Assembly (NCBI GenBank): GCA_963841565.1
Contig: CAWJCY010000012.1
Coordinates: forward strand, 128,001 to 192,000
Direction of reading: 5' to 3'
From: an uncultured Nitrososphaerales archaeon
GTDB taxonomy: Archaea; Thermoproteota; Nitrososphaeria; Nitrososphaerales; Nitrososphaeraceae
DNA: 64,000 bases
Part shown: positions 37,027-48,179 of the stretch, piece after piece
How the letters are laid out: each line of letters starts with the position of its first letter
How positions within the stretch are numbered: position 1 is the stretch's first letter
The notes under the pieces: model-generated
What the model was told of the DNA's origin: nothing
What the model saw: the letters and a program-made list of their open reading frames with translations, nothing else
The model's database searches: none
Translations under genes and position numbers: made by a program

Positions 37027-37978
37027 CATTCTATCTTCCCAGCTTCGTCTCCAGAAGCAACCATTCCCTCTAGATGATGTAGCGCTTATCGATTTGGGTA
37101 GGACGAAGCGACCTCTACTGCTGGCTTTCAAATGCGACATGCTGGTCGGAAGTACTGACATACCACCTTTTATGAAATTGTGGCAAGTCGCCAGAAAAAG
37201 CATAGTATCGTGTGTAAGCGATTTCGCCGCAAAAGGGCTTACACCGTCAGTATGCATCCTTTCCTTGGGTCTTCCCCGATCAATCTCACTTTACAACATC
37301 AAAGAGTTGACTTACGGGTTCAGGAGGGCCTCCAAAGAGTTTGGAATTAACATCATAGGGGGGGACACTAATCATAGCAACGAATTTACGATAGATTGTT
37401 CGATGTTTGGTCATTCGAATCTTCCAATTTCTACGATACCAGCTCAGAGCGGAGCAAAGCCTGGAGACGTAATTGTTACCTCAGGAGTCTTTGGACAGAC
37501 TGCAGCAGGTCTTAAAATAGTATTGAATAATGCAAGGGTAAAAAAACAGAACAAAGCCAAATATACGTCGTCCGTGATGCTTCCCAAACCAAGACTAAAA
37601 TTTGGGATTTCTCTTCGGAAATTTCTTTCTTCCTCTATTGATTCTAGTGATGGTCTAGCCAGCTCATTGTATCGACTAGCGATTAAGAGCAATGTGGATT
37701 TTCATGTTGAAAGTATTCCTATTGCTTCTGGGATAGATGAGTTTGCCTCTGAGAATGGGATCCGTAGTAAGGAGTTGGTAATGTATGGAGGTGAGGAATT
37801 CGAAATAGTAGGAACCATTCCTATAGGCCGATTGAGTAAAGCACGACAAGTAGCGAGGACTAAAGGGTTGAAATTAATTGAAATAGGTAAGGTATTAAGG
37901 GGGACGGGGAAGGTCTTCTTGACGAGGAAAGATGATATTCCTGAGGAAGTGGAAAACAGAGGCTATTCAGACTTGTGA
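36995..37978 (+). CDS. thiL: Thiamine-monophosphate kinase
   Basis: DDVA, SDFAAKG, IIGGDTN, GAKPGD, IDSSDGL, GGEEFE. Confidence 0.92.
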   Translation: MRESREQQIINILSSQLRLQKQPFPLDDVALIDLGRTKRPLLLAFKCDMLVGSTDIPPFMKLWQVARKSIVSCVSDFAAKGLTPSVCILSLGLPRSISLYNIKELTYGFRRASKEFGINIIGGDTNHSNEFTIDCSMFGHSNLPISTIPAQSGAKPGDVIVTSGVFGQTAAGLKIVLNNARVKKQNKAKYTSSVMLPKPRLKFGISLRKFLSSSIDSSDGLASSLYRLAIKSNVDFHVESIPIASGIDEFASENGIRSKELVMYGGEEFEIVGTIPIGRLSKARQVARTKGLKLIEIGKVLRGTGKVFLTRKDDIPEEVENRGYSDL

Positions 37979-38228
37979 ATTCAGCACAATTACAATACGA
38001 TGCATGCCAAAGTACCATATCTACATGTAAAACTAAGGCTTCTGAACTTATCCCATTGACTGAGGATGGAAATGTCCAATTCGGAAATTGATCCTCCCTT
38101 TACGAATTACATTCTCTATTGAAATTAACGGCAAGGAAAAACTGAAGTAAACGGCGTCAAAGCCAATCTACATATGCAACTCGATGCACTACATTCATAT
38201 TGATCTGCTAAACGATATCTTCCGAACT

Positions 38229-38639
38229 ATGAGTGATCAAGCTAACGAAATAGTCCAATATAAGTGGGGGGTTGCACACATTTTCAGCAGCTATAATAAT
38301 ACTTTGGTGCATATTACGGATCTTAGCGGGGCTGAAACGATTTCGTTTAGTTCAGGTGGGAGACATGTTACTGCTGATCGATATGAATCTTCGCCCTATG
38401 CCGCGATGAAGTCCGCGGTGGCTGCAGCTGATATGGCAAAAACAAAAGGGATTAACGCTCTTCATATTAGGGTAAGGGCCGTGGGCGGAGTGGGACCGAG
38501 AATTCCTGGCCCAGGTGCCCAGGCAGCAATTAGAGCTTTAGCGAGGGCAGGCTTTCGAATCGGTAGAATAGATGACGTTACACCTATTCCCCATGATACT
38601 ACTAGAAAGCCAGGTGGCAGAAGAGGACGAAGAGTCTAG
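38229..38639 (+). CDS. rps11: 30S ribosomal protein S11 (stand-alone)
   Basis: [49 protein letters not shown]. Confidence 0.98.
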   Translation: MSDQANEIVQYKWGVAHIFSSYNNTLVHITDLSGAETISFSSGGRHVTADRYESSPYAAMKSAVAAADMAKTKGINALHIRVRAVGGVGPRIPGPGAQAAIRALARAGFRIGRIDDVTPIPHDTTRKPGGRRGRRV

Positions 38640-38699
38640 CAAATGAGCTCCTTCTTTTTCTTATTAGTAAATAAGATATAAAAACGCCGCATTGGCTTG

Positions 38700-41384
38700 C
38701 TAGTTTCCTATATCAATTGAGTAGGTGCTGCTAATGACCTCAGGACGAAACGCCTGCTGATTTGGTAAATTTCTGAATTGCACCCTGACTGTCTCTCGAT
38801 ACGGATCAAGAATAATCTCGGAGTCTTGTGGCGACCCCGCAATGTAGAATTTGTGGTGAAAGCATATAGGTACTGAATTGCTTCTTATAGAATCTGGGAC
38901 TTGGGGATCAATGATTATTTGGTTATCAACTAAGTTGATGCGCATCCCTAGAAATAGTTCGCGGACAGAGTAGACATACATTGCCAACGACCATGCTTGC
39001 AAAATACATGAATTGAATGGTTCTGGCCTATCCCCTCTGTAAGTCTCTGCGAACATCCCGTTCTCAGACAGTATTCTCTCCGCCATAGACTCGATATAGT
39101 AGAGCGCTTGTTCTTTACGTCCGTACTTTGTCTCAACGGCAGCCGCCCAGCCGGTGACAAGTGGCCAGATTGCTCCATCATGATAAAGACTTGGGTGGTA
39201 TTTTGGATCGAGAGAGCTAAGGGTTCTTACGCCCCATGGTGTAGTAATGTCACTTTTTTCAATCCTTCTTAGTACTGATTCGGCATGAGTCTTTACATCA
39301 GTAACCCCAGTCATTAACATGACAAGAGCGTTAGGTCTTATACTAGCATCTTTAGTACCATTTCTCCTTATAGTATCAAAATAGAATCCCTCTTTGTTGT
39401 CCCAATATTCAGACTCTATTTTTTGCTTTAAGTTAAATGCACCCTTTTCCCACCTCTTCAGATGTAATTTGTCATCCATGATTTTCGCCAGATCGATACC
39501 AATATGCAAGCTTTCGTAGAATAGAGCTTGGACGTCGTTGGCACTCTTCCTTCTATCTATATGGTCCATCCAAGTAGAATCCTGAATAGGTAGTTTTTCT
39601 GCAACACCGGTGAAACCATGTTCAATCAATCCATCGCCGTCAATATCTTTACTAAACCCACAGTTGATCAAATCAACTATATTGTTCCACCTTTTCCTAA
39701 GGTAACCAATGTTTCCAGTTGAATACACATATTCTCTGATACTCCAAGGAAAGAGGAAAGTGGAGTCGGCCGATCCATAAGTAGTGCTATGCAGAAAAGC
39801 CTTACCGCTTATAATCATAGGAAGCTCACCTTTAATTGTAGTTCTAGTTGTTCTCCTGGCTTGATGTTTTAAAAAATTCTCTAAGACAGACAAAACAAAT
39901 TCATAATCTCCGATCGAGAGGTAACCCTTTAATGACCAACCTGTATCTCTAGCCCAATAGTTTGGAAATCGAGGTAAGCCTGCACAGATACCGGGGCCAA
40001 GCTCGTCATATTCTGCTTTGAGATACTCCATTCCTGTTTTTGCCTTCTCAAAGGCTTTGGCAATTTTTACAATAGTCGGGTTTTGCTTAGAATTTGGCTG
40101 GATATCTAGCGTATTTGATGAAATAGCTAGGTCGAAATGTTCTTGCGTTTCTTGTAAAAGCGGTTTGTAATTGTCTCTGATGGTTTGAAATTCATCGAGA
40201 CATTCTCTAGAACTATTGAAACTTCCGGCTGCAATCAAAGCGATTTCGCTTGTTCCTCCGGCGGGAATCTTGATATCATATGATAGTTCTAGATCATTAT
40301 CGAAAGTATCGACCAGGATTCGAGATGGTTTCAGTTCCTTAGGAGCAATACCAATAGTTCCAAAGTAGTGGGCGATTCCTTTTCTTGCTCCAGTCTGCAC
40401 TTGAAGACAATTTTCGTTCTCAATGAACTTAGAAGAATTGCTCTGGGAAATGGCTCGCTAGTCCGTAGCTGGTAATATTACCATCTATAATAAAATGAAT
40501 GCGTACCTTACGCTTTGCCTTAAGAGATCGCTTTCTGGGACTCAACTTTGGGAGATCTATACTTCTGTCAATTAATTCAAGAATTGTCACGAATCCTTTT
40601 CGTTCAGTTGGGACAAACAACTTTCTTTTCACTTGAAGCCCGGCCAACTCATGTCTAGTTGAAAGCACGCCTTTCTCATGTCTTGAGGAGGCAACGAAAT
40701 TGGGAAGCTTTTTCTCACTTGATCTTCAATTGAAAGCTCTACAATAATTCTGCCAAATGCCCGTACTGGAGGTACATATAACCCACCGTTGTCATATCTG
40801 ACCCCCATCCATGTCCAATTGGCAGAAATGGAACCATTGGAAGAACAAACAATATATGCCTTCTTTCCAGATAAAATAAGAGGAGACGTGAAATTCTTAA
40901 AGATGGTATCTTCATTATTGGTATCGTATATGAGATCTTCCAATATGTTTGATGGAATTAGAATTTTCTCTCTTTGTTCACCAACATAGTCGATAAGTGT
41001 AAAGGGGATAATTATTTGTTCAAAACCCTCCAATTTGCTTAGGATTACGATCTTATGCTTTTTCCCTTGTGGCAATCCTTCTTTACTAATAATAAGAAAC
41101 CTTGCGCTCTGGAAAGGTCTAAATGGAAGTGGGCGGTTTTCTGAAATTGACGCTGCATTCACCATGTCTTCTGTAGTTGCTACGAAGATAGATTTCTTGG
41201 GATAGGGTATCTCATTGACATAAATGTCCAATGATACAACATTTCCTCCCAAAGGAACCGGAGGGTTTAGCAAGGAAAATATGAATCCATTATACTTGTC
41301 TTCTCCCGTGACAATGGTCACATTCCTTAAACTTCCTTCAATATAAGAGAGTAAAGTATGTGTTTTATCTAGTGTTCTAGCCAT
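38700..41384 (-). CDS. Amylo-alpha-1,6-glucosidase (glycogen-debranching-like glycoside hydrolase), about 890 aa; frameshifts near 40710 and 40455
   Basis: Three consecutive ORF pieces rejoin with 1-nt corrections; AGLPRFPNYWARDT, SADSTFLF, TWMD, GVRTLS, YHDGAIWPL, QAWS. Confidence 0.85.
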
Positions 41385-41596
41385 ACTTGATCATCCCTGA
41401 CTAGAACTAGTTCGAAGTAATAGAGCATATAAAAGTATTCAAAGACAATAACGTTTACAAATAGTACTTCTTAATATTGATTGGATCCTAGATATGGGCT
41501 CAGTTGGACATATGATTGGAGAACGATGACCCTGTTCTTGTCTGCTGCTAAAGAGAAAAATTTGGGTTAAACGGATGATTTGACGAGAATAATAAT

Positions 41597-42466
41597 TTGG
41601 TTGTCATCAACAACCTACGTGTTGATAACAGATCGCCGACTAGAATAATGGGTGTACTTAATGTCAGCCCTGAATCATTTTACAAAGGCTCGGTAAAAAC
41701 GTCAAGACATGATATTGAAATTACAGCGATTAGTATGGAAGTTAGCGGCGCAAGCCTTATTGACATAGGTGGGATGTCAACAGCTCCTTATTTAATGACG
41801 GAGATTTCAATCAATGAGGAAACAAAGCGAGTAGCGGAAGCTGTTAGTCTAGTAAAAAGGTGTTGTAATTTGCCGATATCAGTTGACACACCAAGAGCTG
41901 AAGTCGCAGAGGAAGCAATAAAGAGAGGCGCCTCACTCGTTAACGATGTAACAGGGCTAAAATTTGACAAGAACATGGCTAATATGATCGCCGGCTATGG
42001 AATCCCAGTTGTAGTTGGAGCATATAGCAAAGATCGCATATCTGGAACTCTATCTTCCACTCTTAAAGCATTACGTGAAAGTCTGAAGTTAGCCAAAAAT
42101 GCTGGAATTGCTGAGAACAAAATCATAGTGGATCCATCTATTGGCTTTTTTAGAAAGGAAATTACAAATAATTTTAGTACTAGGGTGGCAGCCTTGTCTT
42201 GGTACGCTCGTGACCAGCAGATAATAAGGAATCTGAATAAACTACAATGTCTTTCTAAACCGATCTCAGTTGGAGTTTCAAGTAAATCCTTTATGGGAGA
42301 ACTTTTCAAATTGAAGCTTGATGATAGGCTAGTTCCTGACCTCATTTCGGAACTGAAATGCTCACTAGCAGGTGCAAAAATATTGCGGACTCACCATGTC
42401 AAAGAAACCTCACTTGCCCTTAAAGCATGCAAATTGTTCGGAATTGGCAGACGAAATTTTTTTTAA
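41597..42466 (+). CDS. folP: Dihydropteroate synthase
   Basis: IMGVLNVSPESF, IDIGGMST, ISVDT, VNDVTG, VDPSIGF, GVSSKSF, ILRTHHV. Confidence 0.93.
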   Translation: MVVINNLRVDNRSPTRIMGVLNVSPESFYKGSVKTSRHDIEITAISMEVSGASLIDIGGMSTAPYLMTEISINEETKRVAEAVSLVKRCCNLPISVDTPRAEVAEEAIKRGASLVNDVTGLKFDKNMANMIAGYGIPVVVGAYSKDRISGTLSSTLKALRESLKLAKNAGIAENKIIVDPSIGFFRKEITNNFSTRVAALSWYARDQQIIRNLNKLQCLSKPISVGVSSKSFMGELFKLKLDDRLVPDLISELKCSLAGAKILRTHHVKETSLALKACKLFGIGRRNFF

Positions 42467-42994
42467 CAACGGACACTGCAAAAAACCAAGCCTATTGTAA
42501 CAGGTCGGGACCATATGTTCTTCCCTTGGTGACCTGTTTTCGAAACACAACATTGAACACTACTTCATATTGACAAATCTGTAGCACCTTAATCTGAATT
42601 TTTATCTTTGGCCAAAGGAATAAGATCTAAAGATTTCCCCATAAACAAATCAGTTTTCACGACTGTTTCATAAGGAACAGAATTATCAATCGTAATCGCT
42701 TATTCAGCTGCCTGTTTCTAATTCGATTACTGGACAATACATGAGTTTATTCTTGCCTCGGCCGAGGCGCTACGGACAAACACAAGGCGTTCGTAACAGT
42801 AGTAACAACTAATTATATGCCAGTCTTATGTAAACACGGAATACAGAAAAGGTACAAGTCAATTGCAAATTGATGGATGAAATCCATGTGATTAAACGTT
42901 CAAACCATGTTAGCAGGAAGTACGCAGCATATTGACACAATTTGAATAAATCATTTTTGGGGGTGGGCACAAGTTAACGGCATCACTTTAAGGC

Positions 42995-43486
42995 CTACAT
43001 CGGCACTTTCTTCAAATTATCTGTTTTGGCATATTTCAAAAATGCAGTAGACAAGTCGACACCAGTAATGTTGGCTTGTGACAGATTTGATTCAACAAGT
43101 ATCGTCCTTGTTAGAATGCAATAGGAGAGATCCGAATTACTCAAGTTTGACCACATCAAATTTGTTCCTGTTAAATCTGCGTGAGGCATGTTACACCTAC
43201 TTAAGTCAGAATACATCATTAAAGCGGAAGTCAGATTAGACTTCTCGAAGTTGGCCTTTGATAAGTCTGATTGCACAAGGTTGGCTTGGCATAAATTCGA
43301 ATTAGAAAAATTGCAACCAACGCAAGATACTCCATTCAAAAGAGCGCCAGAAAGATCGAGATTGGATAAATCGGTTCCGTCTAGGTTGAGTTTAAGGATC
43401 AAATTTTTCAATCGCCATTCATTGAATTCATTAATTCTGTGACTTCTGAGAAAAGTCGAAACAACAGATTGAATGTTAGAGGACAT
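42995..43486 (-). CDS. Pentapeptide-repeat protein
   Basis: Tandem A/S-N/D-L-x-x repeats after INEFNEWR. Confidence 0.92.
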   Translation of the reverse strand: MSSNIQSVVSTFLRSHRINEFNEWRLKNLILKLNLDGTDLSNLDLSGALLNGVSCVGCNFSNSNLCQANLVQSDLSKANFEKSNLTSALMMYSDLSRCNMPHADLTGTNLMWSNLSNSDLSYCILTRTILVESNLSQANITGVDLSTAFLKYAKTDNLKKVPM

Positions 43487-43607
43487 GTGCTAAACTTAAA
43501 ATCTCCAATAAACGCATCCTAAACAAATTTATCGCTACCATCATAGAGTGAAGGACCGGACTTAAGCAAGGCGGACTGTCTAAGACGCCACGATCCCTGC
43601 ATTTCAG

Positions 43608-44069
43608 CTATCTAAGCCCCGGGATCTCCAATAACTTAGAGGAAGGGAGGTTGATGAGATTCTCTTGCCTATCATCCTTAGATATCTCTTCAAATTCTAT
43701 GGTGATCTCAACTGGTCCTTTAAATCGTTCACTAATTTCGTTGGCCAATTTCGCTATTTCATGAGGAGCTGTGAATTCCTTTGATCCGTTGAGAAACACT
43801 CGGCTTTGGCGGCGCAAGATTTCTCCTCCGAAGTTATCGTGCAACATTTCAATCAATTCATCTACTATGTTCTTTGGAACATCATTATAGTAAATTGCTA
43901 ACCCATGAACAGGTTCCTTGTCATACGGTGTCCCATATCTATACCAAAAAACTCCGAAATGCTCGTAATCTCCTTGCAAGCATTTAATCTCCCAATGATT
44001 AGCCCTTTCTAATGGATAAGTCGCCACAAACAAGTCTTCAATTGTGAGTCGCCAATACCTAATCCGCAT
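43608..44069 (-). CDS. Hypothetical protein
   Basis: 153-aa ORF with ATG start and globular composition; no known motif recognised. Confidence 0.75.
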   Translation of the reverse strand: MRIRYWRLTIEDLFVATYPLERANHWEIKCLQGDYEHFGVFWYRYGTPYDKEPVHGLAIYYNDVPKNIVDELIEMLHDNFGGEILRRQSRVFLNGSKEFTAPHEIAKLANEISERFKGPVEITIEFEEISKDDRQENLINLPSSKLLEIPGLR

Positions 44070-44567
44070 GTTAGAATCTGCTATTAATTCGGTATAATAA
44101 GGTGATGCCGTTTACAAAGCAATGCATACAGTCAAATACCGAAAAGTACCTCACTTTTGTTCTTTTTTTCGGATAACTAATTCAAAGATTTAGGGTTCAT
44201 CAGACGGAGAATCGATGGTATTTGAAAAGTCTAGAACCCAGATCTCTTTACATAAATATGTACAAAACTGCAGCTCATCACTTAAATCATAAAAATGCAA
44301 TGAAAGGAAAGAACGACAGATTAGGTATCTGTTTAGGTTTTTCTTACCATAAATCCGTTCCTAGCCCTGCTCATAAAGATTTAGAACTTAATGTTAATGA
44401 TCATTAGACCTAACAGGTCATCCTTCCTATTTTAGAATATTTGTACATTGACACATTGAAAAGAACCAGAGCGTAGGATCCTCTATGGTTCAGGTTAATT
44501 AGCTTTCTGCAACTTGGTCCCTATATCATAATATATATGGAAACTGAGGAATAATCCTTAAAGATAA

Positions 44568-45078
44568 TTGAACCACAAACAAAATACTAAATTTGATCAC
44601 AAATCACCACGTATTGGATTACTTCACGAAATGGAGAAGCATTTTGATAATAGCGATATTGAGTACTTCAAACAATTGCTTCATCATGAAGACAATGTAA
44701 TCAGAACAAGAGCAGTATGTATACTTGCTGAAATAGGCGGCAGGGGAATCGTAGATGCTATAAGTGACACTTTGACTAATGATAAAGATTCGTTGGTTAG
44801 ACATGAGGCAGCTTTTGCGTTGGGACAGATGGGGTTCACTGACGCATTGACTACGTTGTCCCATTCAATTAGTTCAGATCCTAGCATGTTTGTCAGGCAC
44901 GAAGCTCGCTATCGCAGTAGGCGTCATCGGTTCAGAGCGAGGGAGAGATCCGCTCCAGCAGGCATTATCTGATGAAAGCCAGGAAGTCCGTGAATCAGCA
45001 AAGATAGCTCTTGCTAATCTAGACTATATCTCGAGTATTAAGAGTAAAGGAAAATTCGCCAGGTTGACAGGCGGATGA
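44568..45078 (+). CDS. HEAT-repeat protein resembling one half of deoxyhypusine hydroxylase; one extra base at ~44907
   Basis: Corrected 169 aa: LVRHEAAFALGQMG...FVRHEAAIAVGVIG...SDESQEVRESAKIAL. Confidence 0.85.
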
Positions 45079-45129
45079 GAGGGATCTTCCTGATTTTTCG
45101 GCCCGACGAAAATCATCTAATGACGAAGG

Positions 45130-46170
45130 TTATGTAAGAATAACTTTCAAATCAGTATTCTTCTGAGCATTTTTTATTTCCAAGGCAATCCTTCTACCCA
45201 TACTCATTGGATCATCATAGATAAGGCAAGAATAAGGCGAACCCATCACATATAGGTTGGTGCCCGCAACAATCCTCGCAGAAAATTCAAAAGTAACGAA
45301 ATTCCCTAACGCATCGCAGACGCCTTCAAGGCAAAATGGACCTATCATACCTGGAGGAACCAGCTGTTTGGCGGCCTGCACAAAGTCCTCACCCATCGAA
45401 AACACTTTTCCCAGTAAAGACTCTCTTAGGACGAGAGGGAAATTTCCAATTACATTGTACGACGAGGTCTGAATTCCTATCCCCAATTGATGGCTGGCCG
45501 GTATCCTACCCAGTCCATCTATATCAGTTTCGTATCTTCTGTCAACGCCAAGGAATTCTAGCTCATTGTTGATTGCAGAATAAAAATAATGAAGATAGAC
45601 CGGAACTCCCTTTACATATTCCTGAATATATAGATCATCTTCACTCTTGATTACATTTTGCTTAATTAGATCACGTGCCCCATTTTCAAAAGTTTCCCTA
45701 TTCCAAGCTAAGAAATATCCTCTCCCTCCAGCAGCTCCATGTAGCTTCACAATACATAGCCGATCTATGTCGTGCTTCGATTTCACAGTCTGAGGAGTAG
45801 CTAATCCAGCACTCATCATCAATTCTTGTTTTAAATTTCTATCTGCTTCCCATCTCAATATCCATTTGTTACCAAAAATAGGTACAGAGAGCTGTTCAAT
45901 ATAGTCAATATCTGAATATGCTATAAGCGATCCGTGAGGTATCAAAATACAATCATTTTCATTAAGATATTCCTGGCATTCTGTGGATATTGTTTCTGAA
46001 TTCTGTCCAATTTCGAAGATTTCATCTATAAACTTGAATCGCTTGTATAGAGACGTCCTGTCCTTTTTGCACACGAGAATTGTTTTGAATCCTTCATCCT
46101 TTGCTCCTTTCATTAATTGCAATGCACAATGAGAACCGATAGTTGCAATGCTTAGATCCTGACTCAGCAA
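45130..46170 (-). CDS. purP: Formate--phosphoribosylaminoimidazolecarboxamide ligase (PurP family)
   Basis: IATIGSHCALQ, LIPHGS, GGRGYF, DRRYETDIDG, FEFSARIVAGTN, MSMGRRIA. Confidence 0.95.
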   Translation of the reverse strand: MLSQDLSIATIGSHCALQLMKGAKDEGFKTILVCKKDRTSLYKRFKFIDEIFEIGQNSETISTECQEYLNENDCILIPHGSLIAYSDIDYIEQLSVPIFGNKWILRWEADRNLKQELMMSAGLATPQTVKSKHDIDRLCIVKLHGAAGGRGYFLAWNRETFENGARDLIKQNVIKSEDDLYIQEYVKGVPVYLHYFYSAINNELEFLGVDRRYETDIDGLGRIPASHQLGIGIQTSSYNVIGNFPLVLRESLLGKVFSMGEDFVQAAKQLVPPGMIGPFCLEGVCDALGNFVTFEFSARIVAGTNLYVMGSPYSCLIYDDPMSMGRRIALEIKNAQKNTDLKVILT

Positions 46171-46335
46171 TAATACCCAACTTATAGGCAGAGGGTGATT
46201 AAAACACTTCGAGAGGGATTAGCTTCAACCGTGAATATGCTTTTTGATAAGGGCCCCTTCTATCTTTTCATTGTACTGATGCAGAATAATTCTAAATCGT
46301 CATTCATGTTTTAAGGCTACATGTGACAGATTTGT

Positions 46336-46518
46336 TTACTGTCTGCCGCCAAAAGTAATAAATTCTGCAATCAACTTGATGACGAAAGCGATGCCTCCTA
46401 CTACTCCTAGTCCAAGTAAGACCAATCGCATATGGGTTACATAGTCGTCTTTGCTAGTCTTTTTCGCTAACTTGAGCGTTTGTATTATCTCAGTAAACTT
46501 TCGCTGTACTACGGCCAA
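46336..46518 (-). CDS. secE: Protein translocase SecE / Sec61-gamma
   Basis: TLKLAKKTSKDDY followed by single TM LVLLGLGVVGGIAFVIKL. Confidence 0.85.
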   Translation of the reverse strand: MAVVQRKFTEIIQTLKLAKKTSKDDYVTHMRLVLLGLGVVGGIAFVIKLIAEFITFGGRQ

Positions 46519-46596
46519 TTACTTTCAATATTAGACATAGGATTCGGATATTTGAAGATAACGCAACAGAAATCAAAATGCTCTAATTTCTTATTA

Positions 46597-47067
46597 TTAC
46601 CTTACTATTTGCTGTTGTAGTCCATAGGCGGGGTCCTTATCAGTCCTTTGCATCTCTACAAAGGTTTCAGTATTCTGAATTCCCTCAATTTTCCCTATCA
46701 GCTCTATTACAACATTGTGTAATTCCTCCAAGGTTCTGGCATTTACAGTGACAACCATATCAAACCTACCTGTAACCTCAGAAATTGATCTTATCTCCGG
46801 AATTTTAAGAAGCTCTGCATGGATCCTCTCTTTTTGCTTAGGATCTCTGTTTATCCCAACGATGGCTCTTACGCTAATACCCAACATACCTTCATTTATT
46901 ATAACTGTAAATTTCTGAATTAGATCGCGTTTGGACAAACGCTTGATCCTACTATACAAGACGGATGCATTTACGTCCAATTTCTTACTAAGGCGAGGAA
47001 CCGAAATGCTAGCGTCGCGAGTGAGCTCGGTCAAGATCTTCATATCCAAGTCGTCGAATCTTTGCAC
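46597..47067 (-). CDS. Lrp/AsnC family transcriptional regulator
   Basis: DDLDMKILTELTRDAS HTH; EVTGRFD...IEGIQNTETF RAM domain. Confidence 0.93.
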   Translation of the reverse strand: MQRFDDLDMKILTELTRDASISVPRLSKKLDVNASVLYSRIKRLSKRDLIQKFTVIINEGMLGISVRAIVGINRDPKQKERIHAELLKIPEIRSISEVTGRFDMVVTVNARTLEELHNVVIELIGKIEGIQNTETFVEMQRTDKDPAYGLQQQIVR

Positions 47068-47248
47068 GTTTTACAATCATACTGCAGGTGATCTGATTAA
47101 TAAATGTAGTTTTTTCGAATATTTCATACTAAAGGTCGGGAGATAACCGAAACCTGGTCAAATTGTTAAATATATTAATTCTCTAAGATCCCCAGCAAAA
47201 TAATCAAGATCAAAAACTATAATTTCACCGGATGTTTTTGTATAGATA

Positions 47249-47752
47249 TTGTTTGGGCGTGGGCGCATAAAACGTGGAGATTACGTTTTTGCAGCACAGA
47301 ACGAAAATGACTACCGTATTTTAGTCATAGGGAGGGTCCACGAAGTTAATGGGAAAAAGCTATCAGTCCTCGGCTCATTTATCCGTCCTATTGGTTTGAT
47401 GGAGAGAGTTAAATCTGGGATAGTGCAAGGTAGGCCCGCACAAGTGCTTCATGATCCAGACCCAAATAACTGCATATTTATGCTCATTGATCGGGTGGAA
47501 AGTGGGGCTTTCAGCGATGAAATTGATTTAGATAATACTAAGACTACGTGGATAAACGAAAAAAGATACTTCGTGCTTGATGGTTGGATACGCGAGAATC
47601 TTCCAGATTTATTCTCACGTATATTCAGGGCCTCGACTGAAGAGGAAAGGCAGTATGCTAGGTCTGTCCTGTTAGAGAAAATGAATTCTCTTTACGAAAG
47701 GGACTTGAAGGAACATGTTTATGCGGTCGCAAGGAGCACACGGATTCTATAG
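47249..47752 (+). CDS. Hypothetical protein, probably co-transcribed with rpl12
   Basis: 167-aa ORF; SH3/KOW-like start IKRGDYVFA; ends 47 nt before rpl12. Confidence 0.75.
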   Translation: MFGRGRIKRGDYVFAAQNENDYRILVIGRVHEVNGKKLSVLGSFIRPIGLMERVKSGIVQGRPAQVLHDPDPNNCIFMLIDRVESGAFSDEIDLDNTKTTWINEKRYFVLDGWIRENLPDLFSRIFRASTEEERQYARSVLLEKMNSLYERDLKEHVYAVARSTRIL

Positions 47753-47799
47753 GATATTGAAAGTTTTATATTATGGTCAAGCATAGACCAAATTCTACA

Positions 47800-48105
47800 A
47801 TGGAATATATGTATGCGGCTTTATTATTACACAAACTGAAACAGGATATAAACGAGGATAATGTAAGGAATGTTATAAAAGCTACCGGAGTAGCTCCAGA
47901 TGATGTGCGAATCAAGTCTCTTGTTACCGCATTGAGCGAGGTAAATATTGACGAAGCCCTAAAGAGTAGTCCTGTTTCCGTGCCGGGTCCTGCAACATCA
48001 CCGGCTGCAACCTCGCCTCAGCCTACTGAATCAAAGGAAGAAGAAAAGAAGGAGGAAAAGAAGGAGGAGGAAGCATTGGAAGGATTATCTGCACTTTTTG
48101 GATAG
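47800..48105 (+). CDS. rpl12: 50S ribosomal stalk protein P1 (L12p)
   Basis: [11 protein letters not shown], Ala/Pro hinge, acidic tail [13 protein letters not shown]. Confidence 0.97.
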   Translation: MEYMYAALLLHKLKQDINEDNVRNVIKATGVAPDDVRIKSLVTALSEVNIDEALKSSPVSVPGPATSPAATSPQPTESKEEEKKEEKKEEEALEGLSALFG

Positions 48106-48179
48106 ATTGACCTTCTGAACTGAAGTAATCTCTATTTTTTATTTTTAATTAGTGCCGTAAGGTACTTTAGAATATTAAT

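Noticed and set aside
42499-42768. Hairpins and 14-bp palindrome GCCTCGGCCGAGGC between folP and the pentapeptide gene
   Set aside because: Single occurrences with no repeat family or MITE-like ends; may be terminators or chance
44190-44285. C/D-box sRNA on the minus strand
   Set aside because: C-to-D spacing about 80 nt with no clear internal C'/D' boxes
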